From Hydrolagus colliei (taxonomy: Eukaryota): a stretch of DNA of 64,000 bases. The stretch spans positions 32,178,001 through 32,242,000 of the forward strand of contig CM068745.1 of assembly GCA_035084275.1 (NCBI GenBank), given 5' to 3'. The position numbers and the translations under genes were made by a program. Shown here piece after piece: positions 11,598-22,423 of this stretch. The notes beneath the pieces are model-generated. The model was given only the letters and a program-made list of their open reading frames with translations, did not search any database and was not told the origin of the DNA. Within the stretch, counting starts at the first letter, position 1; each line of letters begins with the position of its first letter.

Positions 11598-13577
11598 AAA
11601 CAACAACAAAACTACATTTGTGAAGGGCCGTTCATGTCGGATGTCCCAAGGTGTTGGACAGATAGTGTTTCGGACACAAGCTCGGGGTTGGGATTGGGGA
11701 GAGTAGAGGGCAGTGGTGGAAGGAGGGTGATCGAAAGCACCTGTTGGACCAAACTTCGCTCCCCCATTACTCCAGTCCTTGCCAGACTTCACTGGCTCCC
11801 TATCCCTGAGAGAATCAACTTCAAGATCCTCACCCTTGTTTTCAAATCCCTCCAGTCCTCTGCACTCCCCTACATCTCTGACCTACTCTCTCCTCAAACC
11901 AGCTCCCGTTGCCTTCGCTCCACTGGGTCTGGCCTCCTCCATTTCTCCCGAATCCTCCACTCCACCCTCGGCGGCCGGGCCTTCAGCCACTATGCCCCTA
12001 GGCTCTGGAATTCTCTTCCTCACTACCTTCGTCTTGCCCCCTCTTTTCTCAGTTTCAGGTCCCAGCTGAAGACCTTTCTTTTCGACGCGCCTTTAGTCAC
12101 CTCTCTACCCCTGCCCCTGGCTCGGTCCCAGGATCTGTTATTGTGAAGCGCCGTCCGGTGTAGAGGGCGCTATATAAATCGAAGTTGTTGTTGTTGTTGA
12201 AAGCATGGCTGAAGAGGAGGGTCTTGAGATGGGTCTTGAAGATTTTGAAGGGAAGATTTTCAGAGGATGGGGTAAAAGCCTGCCTACTTGTGGTGAGGTG
12301 GGGGGTGTGAACTGCTGAGCAGAGGGAGTAGACAGGTTGGCAGGGGGTTAGGAGGTCACAGAGGTAGGAGAGAGTGAGGCAATGGAGGGCTTCGAAGGTG
12401 TGACCAGGATCTTGAATTGTATCCCATGTGTGATGGCAAGCCAGTGGGCAAGGATGGGGGTAACAGGGTGACAGAGCCTGGTGTAGGAGAGGACATGGGC
12501 TGAGTTCTGAATGATCTGAAGCCTATGGAGGGAGGAGTTGGCAAGATCCTCAATTTTGTTTTCAAATCTCTCCACTCCTCTGCACTCCCCAACCTCTCCA
12601 ACCTCCTCTCTCCTCAAAATAGCACTGTTACCTTCACTCCTCCGGTTCTGGTCTCCTCCTTGTCCCCTGAATCCTCCACTCCACCACTGGCATCCGTGCC
12701 TTCAGCCACTACGCCCCAAAGCTCTGGAACTCCCTTCCTCATTCCTTTCGCCTTGCTTCTTCCTAGTTTCAGATCTCGACTAAAGACCTTTCTTTTCGAC
12801 TGCGCCTTCGGTCAGCTTTTTCCCCGTCCCTGGCTCAGTCCCAGGATCCATTATCGTGAAGACTCTGAGATGCTGCCTGGTGTGGAGGGCCCTATATACA
12901 TCGAAGTTGTTGTTGGGAAGGCCAACATCAAGTAGTTTGAATAGTCGTCTGGATGTTACGAATACATGTATGGGAGTTTTGGCAGCCTGTGGTGTGAGAT
13001 AGTGGCAAAGTTGGGCGATGCTGTGGAGGTGGGGGAAGACAGAGTAGATCACAGAAGTTGAGGGTAAAACAAGACGCCAAGGTTCCAGCCTGGCTTAGCA
13101 GGTGGAGTGTGTATTCTTGGATGGTGATGCTGTCAGTGCCTCAGGTGTGAAGGCGACGATGGGAGACAATCAGCAGGACCATGGTCTTGTTGACAAACAA
13201 GACCATGGTCTTGTTTGTCCATGGAACGCGCGGTTGCCAACCAACTTTGCGCACATCTCTTCCTCCATTCGAACCCCTCCAGTCCTGCCCACAGTACAGA
13301 AACCGCGCTTGTGAAAGTCACATATAATTTAATAACCTCTGTCTGTGACCAGGGCTCCCTCTGCCTCCTTGTCCTCCTGGATCTCTCCCATGCATTCAAC
13401 ACAGTCCTCCCTCAACCCCTTTGCTTCGCCCCCTCCTTCCTCATATTCAGGTTGCACCTGAAGACCTTCCTCTTTGACCTTGCCCCTCCCCCTGGCATGG
13501 CCTCGGGCTCCGCCATTGCTAAGTGCTCTGAGGCACTGCCCGGCGTGCAGGGCACTATATAAATGCAAGTTGTTGTT
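11598..13577. mobile_element. Cluster of nested L2 fragments in alternating orientation
   Basis: Approximate pieces: 11598-11740(-), 11745-12198(+), 12200-12540(-), 12540-12913(+), 12915-13190(-), 13220-13577(+); LHWLP/LWNSLP motifs and tails. Confidence 0.8.
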
Positions 13578-13769
13578 CTTTTCCAAAAGAATATTATGCT
13601 TGTTTCTGACACTCTGATGTGTTATATTATGTTTGCCTACATAGTCATTTCACTTGACAATTACCTGCTATTACCTACTATTTTAATATTTTTCAATGTT
13701 ATATAAAATTCAAGTATACATATTATTTCCAGTGTTATTTATTGCATTTCTTCATGTTTGGTCCTCTTT

Positions 13770-14140
13770 TTGTTGTATTTGACTCTCCCACATCTGAGAT
13801 TAGAGAAGGGGGTGTTTCCCAGTGAATAAGTACCCCACCCACTCCAATAAAATTGGTCACTCACGCCATGGCTGTACTGGGGCATTGCTGTCTGCGCACT
13901 GGTTGGTTGCTGGGTTTTACCCACAAAATACATGCACTTCTGGACAACGTGATAAGGTTCTATACCAAATGCAAAGGTTATTTATCACTATATTCCAAAA
14001 GTTTGCACGAGTTCAAGAATGTTGTTGTAGAACTCTCCCACATCAGAGATTAGATAAGGGAGTGTGTCCCGGGTAATAAATGCCTCCCAAATAAAATTGG
14101 TCAAGCACTCCATAGCTGTTTGCAGGGCATTGCTGTGTAA
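13770..14140 (+). mobile_element. Two tandem DeuSINE-like fragments
   Basis: Both begin ACTCTCCCACATC(T/A)GAGATTAGA and run into AAATTGGTCA...GGGCATTGCTGT. Confidence 0.6.
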
Positions 14141-16340
14141 CCTCCACTTTCCTCATAGCAGTACCTACTGCCTCCACTCTGATCTATTTGCTCCCTGAAT
14201 CCTTTGCTCTACCATACTACCATGCTCTACCGTGCTTTCATCCATTGCGCCCCGAAACGTTTGAACTCCCTCCTCAACCCCTTCATCTCACCCCTTCCCA
14301 TTTTCAGGTCGTGCCTGAAGACCTTTCTCTTCAACTGCGCTTACGGTTACCTTCCCTCTCCCCCTGGCTTGGCCTCGGGCTCTGCCGTTGTGAAGTGCTT
14401 TGAGTTGCCGCCCGGCTTGGAGGGCGCTATAAAATTGCAAGTTGTTGTTGTTGCATTTGGGATTTAAGATTTTGGTACCCTACATATATTTATGATTTGG
14501 TTTGGTGACAGGTAGGGCTCTTAACAGTTTACTTAATCTCATTCTGTCTCCGTAGATCCTGATAATAATGTATGCTGCAGCTAGGTTCATGACCAGAATG
14601 CACAAATCTAATTCATGCATATTATATCAGGCTTAATATCATACCTAAGTGAGATCAAATTCTGTCAGTATGTTATTGCCAATGTGCTAAGTGCTTTTAT
14701 TGTTCCATAAGAAAGAATGGAACAACACCCTAACAGTGAATGCATAAGTGCACTGCTAAACGTTCTAAGCAGCTAAACAAATCTTCTAAGAACAACAAAA
14801 TTACACTTGTATAGTGCCTTTCACGTCAGGAGGACTGCTCAAGGCACTGAATGTCAATGTTCAATGTTTCAGACCCGAGCTGGGGTCAGGAATGGGGAAG
14901 GTGCAAGGAAAGGAGGGGATTTGGGATGATTGATGGGACAATCGAAGAGGAGCGTCAAGGCGGGACTTCAAGGACGATAGAGAGGGGGTGAGGTGGAGGG
15001 AATGTGGGATGGAATTCGAAAGGTCTGGGGCAGAGTGACTGACAGCTTGCCCGCCAATGGTGGGTCGGGTATGACATGGAGCTGGCCCCACTCTGCTGAG
15101 TGGAGAGGGCGGGCAGGTTGGTAGGAGATTAGGAGGTCACAGAAGTAAGGTAGGGCAAGACCATGGAGGACTTTGCAGGAGAGGATCAGGACCTTGAATT
15201 GAATCCTCTGGGTGATGGGGAGCCAAAGGAGTCGGGCGAGAATGGGGGAGATGGGGTCACAAAGCTTGCAGTGGTAGAGGACACAGGTCAGAGTTCTGGA
15301 TTATCTGCAGTCTATGGAGGGAGGAATTGGGAAGGCCGACAAGCAGGTCATTGGCGTAGTTGAGTCTGGATGTGATGGAAGGCACGAATGAGGGTTTTAG
15401 GCGCCTGAGGGGTGAGGTAATGGCGGAGTCGGGCAATATTGCGGAGGTGAGGGAAGGCAGAGCGGGTCATGGCTTGGATGTGGGGGAGGAAAGATGATCG
15501 AACAAGACACCTAGGTTCATGACTGGCTTGGTGAGGAAACATGGAGGTTAATGCTGCCAATGATGCTGAGGTTCAACTCTTAACTTTATTTTAGCAATAT
15601 AATTTTTTAGCATCCACAGAACAGGCACTATACTTGACAGTAAATATTATGAAGCATTTTGAGATGTTTCCCTGACAAAGGGATTATCATTATTAACGAT
15701 ACCACAAGTGAATCACAACATTGATCTATGAGGCAGATCGTTCTAATCACTAATTGCAATAACATTTGTAGATTCTATGAAGTGAGAATTTTTTATATGA
15801 TAAAGCACAATATGAAATGCAAGATTTCCTTTGGGTTGCACTTTTCTCTGGAATTTCTGCAAATGAGTACAAGACTCAGGCAGTGGTTGCTGGATCATCC
15901 AATCATGCAGATGCAAAATTTGTGTTTTCACCAACACCTGAAAGGTTACCATTTCCAACAGCCCATCTGGTGAAAGCCAGAATGCAAGGCAAATCTACTG
16001 GTGGTATCAGGCCCCAGCAAGATGTTGGAACATCAACAACCTGCATTTATATAGCACCCTTCACAGATAATAGCATCACTGAGCGCTACAATGGTCGGGG
16101 GTTTGGCGAGCAAGAGATAATGGTAAGGAGTGGGTGACCATAGGCATGGTTGAAGAGATCTTAAGGTGGGATTTAAAGATAAAGGGGCGAGATGGAGATT
16201 GTGGCAGGGACTTCCAGAGATTAGGGGCAAGTGACTGAATAAGTCAAGGAGTCAGAGAATGCATAGCATGCTTTTCAGTCAGTGACTGAGCCAAGGAGTA
16301 TAGAAAGATCAGAGAGATGGGGAGGTGTGAAGAAATTTAC
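14140..16340. mobile_element. L2 fragments at 14140-14452(+), 14790-15560(-) and 16033-16340(-), separated by unique sequence
   Basis: ORF2 remnants ([16 protein letters not shown]) and characteristic tails. Confidence 0.75.
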
Positions 16341-16689
16341 AAATGAGTTTGGGGACCTCTACCTATTTCAACTCACCCCACTTCTCCCTATCAAGTTCTG
16401 CTGCTGTTCGGCAAACTGAGATGCTGCTATGCGTGAAGTTTGTTATATAAATGCAAGTTGTTATTTGCACTTTGTGGTGGTGAGGTGATGGTTTGGGGGG
16501 CACTGAATAGCATGCACCCAACAAAACATGACATTTTTTCTGCAAGAAATTCGGGGAATTTGGGGGTTGGTTGACACATGTGGAAGCACCACAGTTAAAG
16601 AGCAGTCAAACCAAACAACAACACAGAATTACATTGGCATAGCGCCTTTCACGTCAGGAGGATGTCCCAAGGACGACTTTACAAAGTTC

Positions 16690-17020
16690 AAAGCATCCCA
16701 CCTAAAGGTGGAATTTCCAGAGATTTGTTGGGATGGATTGCACTCTCCCTGGAGGTACGCATCCCGCGTATCTAATTCTTTGAAGTGTTAGGCACCCGTA
16801 ACAAGAGGCCAAGCGTGTGGCCCCCGGAGTGTGAGTTGGGGTATTGTTAGAATCTAAACAGCTAACACTGTACAGCCTGCCATTGATATCGCTGTCCAGT
16901 GAGGTCCTCCCTGCCCGCCAGGGCTTTGGCTGGCAGGTTTAACAGGAGCCGAGTGGGATGGCTCCCTGCCTCCAGTGACAAGCCTATCCTTCCGGGTCCC
17001 GCTGATGAGCCAGGCCGGTC
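16690..17020 (-). repeat. Unclassified ancient dispersed repeat; CpG-retaining copy just upstream of the rpl8 promoter
   Basis: Its reverse complement aligns by eye with 44505-44720, 46270-46530, 48560-48720 and 33090-33230. Confidence 0.7.
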
Positions 17021-17379
17021 GTGCAGTCCTCAGCAGGGCCGTGGAGCGCCATGGACTCGCTTGCCTCAGGAACTGGCCTGGAGGCCGCAGCAGAGGGCAG
17101 GCTTGATGCCCATTACCAGGAACGCCGCCTTGGAGCCAGTTCAGCGTTATGGAGGCCCTGCCTCCCACCCACAGGGGCAGAGTCACCAGTTGGCCATCTG
17201 CCCTCACACAGCCTGACCATCACATCCTCACAGCGGGGCCTGGACCACAGCGGGGACGGGCAGCCTTTTAGATGCTCACACACCATCACATTCCCTCCTC
17301 TCCAGTGCCAGGGTGAGGTCTCACAGTCTAGCAGTAGTTGAGGAATAACAGAGCCTGTTGCTGAGTGAGGTGAGTGAGT

Positions 17380-17830
17380 TTCCAACGCGGAGCCGCCGCC
17401 GCTGTCGCCACGTTACCATTTCCCAGAGGACACCGCACCTCCCCCAGCCGGGGACTGACCCGGAAGAACTCGGCGCGCGGCGCTGACCACTTCCTCTTTC
17501 AGCGTCACCCTCTCCAGGTGAGGATGGCGGCGGCGCCGGGGCCTGACACAATCTGACTTTAATCCGCGGGCGACACGGCCATCCGTCCAATTTACCGCCG
17601 AAATAACAACCCCCGACTCATGTCGATGCCGCCGACGTGAATATTGTTTGTAAAGCGCGCTGGTGACCGCCCTAAAGGGGAGCGGGTCCCAGCGGCTTCT
17701 CCCGTTGAAGGTTTTAACATGGAGTCCGGCCGGGGGCTGAGGCGGCCGCCGGCTGAGGCGGCCGCCGGGCGCTGGTCGCTCGCGGCTTGTCTTTCGTTTG
17801 TGTCGCGGTAACGGAGGCGACCCGAGCGGC
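17380..17830 (+). promoter_or_regulatory. rpl8: rpl8 CpG-island promoter with a TCT/TOP initiator and ETS/GABP and YY1 motifs
   Basis: CCGGAAG at 17460-17466, CTTCCTCTTTC at 17490-17500, GATGGCGGC at 17523-17531; CpG-dense. Confidence 0.85.
17494..17517 (+). other. rpl8: rpl8 non-coding exon 1 (5'TOP)
   Basis: Pyrimidine tract CTCTTTC followed by the donor CAG|GTGAGG at 17517/17518; TSS uncertain by a few nt. Confidence 0.8.
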
Positions 17831-17883
17831 ATCTGTTGCATTTGTTGGGCTCTGGTTGTTGGTCGTTGCAAGTACGATATGTT

Positions 17884-17917
17884 TATATATATATATTATA
17901 TTATATATATATATATA
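17884..17917. repeat. (TA)n microsatellite
   Basis: Imperfect TA run. Confidence 0.9.
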
Positions 17918-18328
17918 GGTGTACATGATTTGGGGGAAACGGTGACCGGTTTTACTGTGAGTTGACTTGAGTTATGAATTGGCCTGGGCCTCGAGCTGGG
18001 AATGTTCCATGATTAACGGTATTCATTGTTGACGGTTGAGGAATCCCAGCGCGTGACACTCACGTCAGCCACGTTTAAATTTCGCAGAGAAGCTCAGGCC
18101 CTTTTGGAAAACCAAAGTGGTGCGACGCGGAGACAAACATCGAAATTGTTTCACCCACTAAAGTTATTGGCCCTGGTTTCTGTGAGGTGTTCGTGATCTT
18201 TAATGGGCTGGGTTGTTAATTGGGTTCCCAAAGATCTTATTTCCCCCTCATTTGAAAATTCACAACATTGAAATAATTTTTTACGAAACTATGTGTTGAA
18301 TAGTTTTTCGTTGTTGCTTGTATGGTAG

Positions 18329-18484
<156 letters not shown>

Positions 18485-19347
18485 TGAAAAATGGCTCAAA
18501 TTAAATGAATGGAATTTGGCATCTTTAAGTTGAGTATTTTTGGTCCGTGCTTTGGGCCTTTTTGATTAATGCCAGTACCATAGATGTCCTCCTGACGTGA
18601 AAGGCGCTATACAAATGTAATTGTGTTGTTGTTAAAAAACAAATTAATGAGGACACCTGTATAAATTATACAATACAAATAACATTTATAGATAACATTT
18701 ATATATAAATTAACAACTTTCACTCTGGGAGGACTTCCCAAGGAGTTTAGCAATAATGGCTTGACACTTGAGCTGAAGGTGGTGGGGAGGGGTAAGGTGA
18801 CTGAAAGAGTGGTCAAAGGAGTCAAAGGATAGTCTCTGTCCATTGAGCAATCTGCTCCGTTTCACAGACTCACCATCAGCATCTTCAGCTTTTCAGACCC
18901 CACCCTCTGGAACTTCATCTCGCAGTCCCTTAGACTTCCTCCCACCCATAAGGGCCTTTGAGAAAGGCATGTCTCGACATGCCTTTCTCCTCTTACACTG
19001 TACCTTTAGTCATCGCCCTACTTCCCCTGCCCTTATCCCTCTTGATCCCAACCCCTTTGCTCAGTTCCAAATCCATGATTGTCTGATGTCTTGGGATGTC
19101 CTTCCAATGTGAAATACTACGATTTGTTGTTGAACAAGTTGAAAGAGGGAGCGGGATGGAGGAACTCTGCAAAATGCTGATTGACAACTTTTTGTGGGAA
19201 TTTCCTCCATTGAATCACAAGAAGTGATGTCCTCACTCGTCAAAGCAGGTGTACTTACTGTCCGGCTGAACTGAATCACTAGAAATGTAGTCTTGATCCA
19301 TTGATGCAGGTGCAGAAGAACTTAATTTTTCACTATTCCAATACTTT

Positions 19348-19437
19348 GCTGGTAAGTGCGCATGCAGTGATGGGTCAAGGTGCATTGAATCGTGGGAAAC
19401 ATAGCCTTGACCGGTCACTGCATGTGCATTTGCTGGC
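19348..19437 (+). other. 33-bp intronic RNA hairpin containing a consensus 5' splice site
   Basis: 19348-19380 pairs with 19405-19437: 26 Watson-Crick pairs, 6 G:U, 1 mismatch, no bulges; CTG|GTAAGT at 19351/19352. Confidence 0.7.
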
Positions 19438-19658
19438 TGCAGTGATGTTAAGTGGCTGCATTCAATTATGCATGCGCGGTGATTAAATTGGATTTCATAC
19501 AGTTAAGTTTACCTGTAAATCAGACCCAAGTAAGTCATATTGAATGTTATGGTCACATTAAATGACTAATACAACATATGTAAGTTTTATTGTATTGTTG
19601 TCCACATCCCAAATGTGCTATAAGAAAATCCACATTAAATGATAATAATCCTTATAAC

Positions 19659-19827
19659 CAAAACAGAAGTTGCTGGGGATACTCAGCAGGTCAGACAGCA
19701 TCTATGGAGGAAGGAAATTGAGTGAGTTTGACTCGTTTTCTTTTCTTAATAGATGCTGCCTGACCTGCTGAGTGTTCCCAGTGAAGTTTTTATTTCAGAT
19801 TCCCAACATCTGCAGTATTTTGTGTAT
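19659..19827. mobile_element. Inverted (palindromic) Penelope-like pLTR repeat with a ~14-bp target duplication
   Basis: ACTCAGCAGGTCAGACAGCATCTAT ... ATAGATGCTGCCTGACCTGCTGAGT; flanked by TGATAATAATCCTT (19640) and TGATAGTAATCCTT (19828). Confidence 0.6.
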
Positions 19828-20122
19828 TGATAGTAATCCTTTGTGTTTGATATGGTGCTTTCTCACGTCTTTGAGACGTCTCAAAACGCCTCTCAGAACA
19901 TATTGTAAAGTGAATTGACTGTATATTTTGTGGGTGAAGTGTTCCACAACAGATAGGGCGGTTAAATGGAATTAGGTTAGAAGATCAGCCATGATCTTAT
20001 TAAATGGTGGGACAGGCTCAAGGAGGCATATTCCTAATCCTATTTCTTATGTTCTTATAATGTAGTTCTACTATATTGATTAAAAATCACACTAAAACTG
20101 TATCCCTCCTCTTCATTTGTAG

Positions 20123-20287
<165 letters not shown>

Positions 20288-20419
20288 TGATATTAGAGGG
20301 TGTGTTTTCCAAACGTGCTTCCACTAAAATGCAATGTGGGATGACCGAGGGGATATAATCAGTTGATAAATGCTCATTTTGAGGAATGGTTATGTTAAGA
20401 TGAAGTGAATTTGGTAATA

Positions 20420-21055
20420 ACACCAACAACTTGCATTTATATAGCGCCCTTCTGGGTGGCATTTCAACGCGCTTCACAATGGCGGAGTCACAGGTGACCA
20501 TAAGCGTGGTCGAAGATAAAGGTCTTCAGGGTAACTTGAAGGTGGGAAAGGAGGGGGTGAGACAAAGGGAGTTCCAAAGTTTTGGGATGTAGTGGCTGAT
20601 TCTTCGCTCCGCCGATGGTGGAGCGAAGAATTTGTGGGATAAGGAGAAGGGCTGACCCACATGAGCAGAGGCAGTAGATACTGCTGTGAGTAGAGAGGTG
20701 GGGGGATGCAGAGCAGTGGAGGAATTTAAAGGCAAGAGTGAGGATTTTGACGTCGATTTGTTCTGTGACGGAGCCAGTGCAGTTTGGCAAGGATTGGGGT
20801 GATCGGGGTATGAAGTTTGGTGCGGGTGAGAATGCGGGCGGCATAGTTTGTATGAGTTAAATTTTGTGGATGGTGAAAGGGAGACAAGTAAGGAGAGCGT
20901 TGTAAGTAGTCCAACCGAGAGGTGACAAAGGCATGGACCAGGTTCTAGGCAGCTGCTGGGTTGAGGTGTTGGCAGAGGCAGGCGATGTGGCAGAGATGGA
21001 GAAAACCAGTGTTGGTGAGGAAGGAAGGATAACTGGGGATCGAACCTGATACCTA
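20420..21055 (-). mobile_element. L2 fragment in rpl8 intron 3
   Basis: Encodes NYAARILTRTKLHTPITPILAKLHWL; tail at about 20420-20470. Confidence 0.8.
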
Positions 21056-21651
21056 TGAATGTTTTGAGGGTTAATATCATAGTGTCAAAACATACTTCAT
21101 AATTGTTTATATTTAAGTTAAAATGAGCACACATTAGATACAGAAAGCCTAAACATTTCTCCTGATGGATTTATGCAATTAAAGTATTTCATTGTTTGAT
21201 CTAGATAATTCTATAGTGTAATATCAGTTACAGAGGGAAATGTACATTGGGGCTATGCTTCATCTAATTAAGTCAAAGGTAAAAATGGTAAACAGATTGT
21301 GTGCATGTTTATTGCTGTGTCCGAATCACTATTTAGATCAAACCTATTAGTTTGGATTTAAAATGTACGTATAAGGGGGGTGAAATAGAAGCCCTAGTGT
21401 AGAATGACCATCATATTATGAAAGATTGTGCAGTGCTGATGTTTTTTCCTGCTCGTCAACCCAAGGAATCGCATTAGTTGAAATCAAACTGATGATAAAT
21501 CTGTTGCCATTTTGAAGGAGGCGTATCTGTTTTTCAGGTTGTTCTCTGACTGCTTTCACAAGCATGAATATCAGGAATTGTGCAGTGTTCATTGTTTGAT
21601 AGACCGAACATTTGCTTTCATGTTAAGTGTTTTTTCATTTGCTCCTTTCAG

Positions 21652-21870
21652 CTCAGCTGAACATCGGAAATGTCCTTCCTGTGGGTACAATGCCGGAAGG
21701 TACCATTGTGTGCTGCCTGGAGGAGAAACCGGGTGATCGTGGTAAACTTGCCCGTGCTTCTGGGAACTACGCTACAGTCATCTCTCACAATCCTGAAACC
21801 AGGAAAAGTCGCATCAAGTTGCCATCTGGTTCAAAGAAAGTGATTTCCTCTGCTAACCGAGCTATTATTG
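21652..21870 (+). CDS. rpl8: rpl8 coding exon 3
   Basis: [41 protein letters not shown]...SANRAII; cag| and |gtaaga. Confidence 0.97.
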
Positions 21871-22307
21871 GTAAGAATGTTTAAAGTGTTGATCAATGTT
21901 AAACTTTTAGAATGAATTAATCCAGTTTTAGGATTTATGGGTGGTGGTGAGGAGAGGGAATAGAATGAACATAGATTGCCACAGTTTTCAGGGCTGAATT
22001 ATTTTGGTATGGTTTAAGAATTTATATAGTGCCTTTCAAAACGTGAGGATGTCTCAAAGCATTTGACGCCTTGGCCCTGGATTGCAAGTCAGAGGATAGG
22101 GAAGGAAAAGATGACTAAAAGCTTAGTAATAGAGTAATGTCCTGTGACAGACCTAACTGAACAAAATGGTTTGAATCTAGGCAAGTTATGAAGAATCATT
22201 AAGCTTAGGACCTGTGTTTCGTATCTGTATTATTCCTTTGTCTGGCAAACTAGTCAACAGAGTACTTACTGTTAACAATTAAACGTTTCACTAACATTTG
22301 ATTGCAG

Positions 22308-22423
22308 GTGTTGTAGCTGGTGGTGGACGTATTGACAAACCCATCCTGAAGGCAGGTCGTGCCTATCATAAGTACAAGGCTAAGAGAAACTGCTGGCCAC
22401 GTGTCCGTGGTGTGGCTATGAAT
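22308..22423 (+). CDS. rpl8: rpl8 coding exon 4
   Basis: [39 protein letters not shown]; cag| and |gtaagt. Confidence 0.97.

Noticed and set aside
17002-17030. CTGATGAG hammerhead-like core
   Set aside because: No downstream GAAA or closing helices
17844-17854. GTTGGGCTCTG resembling telomerase RNA P6.1
   Set aside because: The stem partner is absent, and there is no CTAACCCT template or pseudoknot nearby
16854-17871. Overlapping GC-rich ORFs as an upstream gene
   Set aside because: Expected from stop-codon scarcity in a CpG island and repeat; no recognisable protein or exon structure
19223-19280. GTGATGT…CTGA C/D-like boxes
   Set aside because: Box C is imperfect, the span is too short, and no target was identified
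21489-21549. Possible C/D snoRNA in rpl8 intron 3 (CTGATGA…CTGA)
   Set aside because: No terminal stem, a short span, and no rRNA or snRNA complementarity that I could recognise
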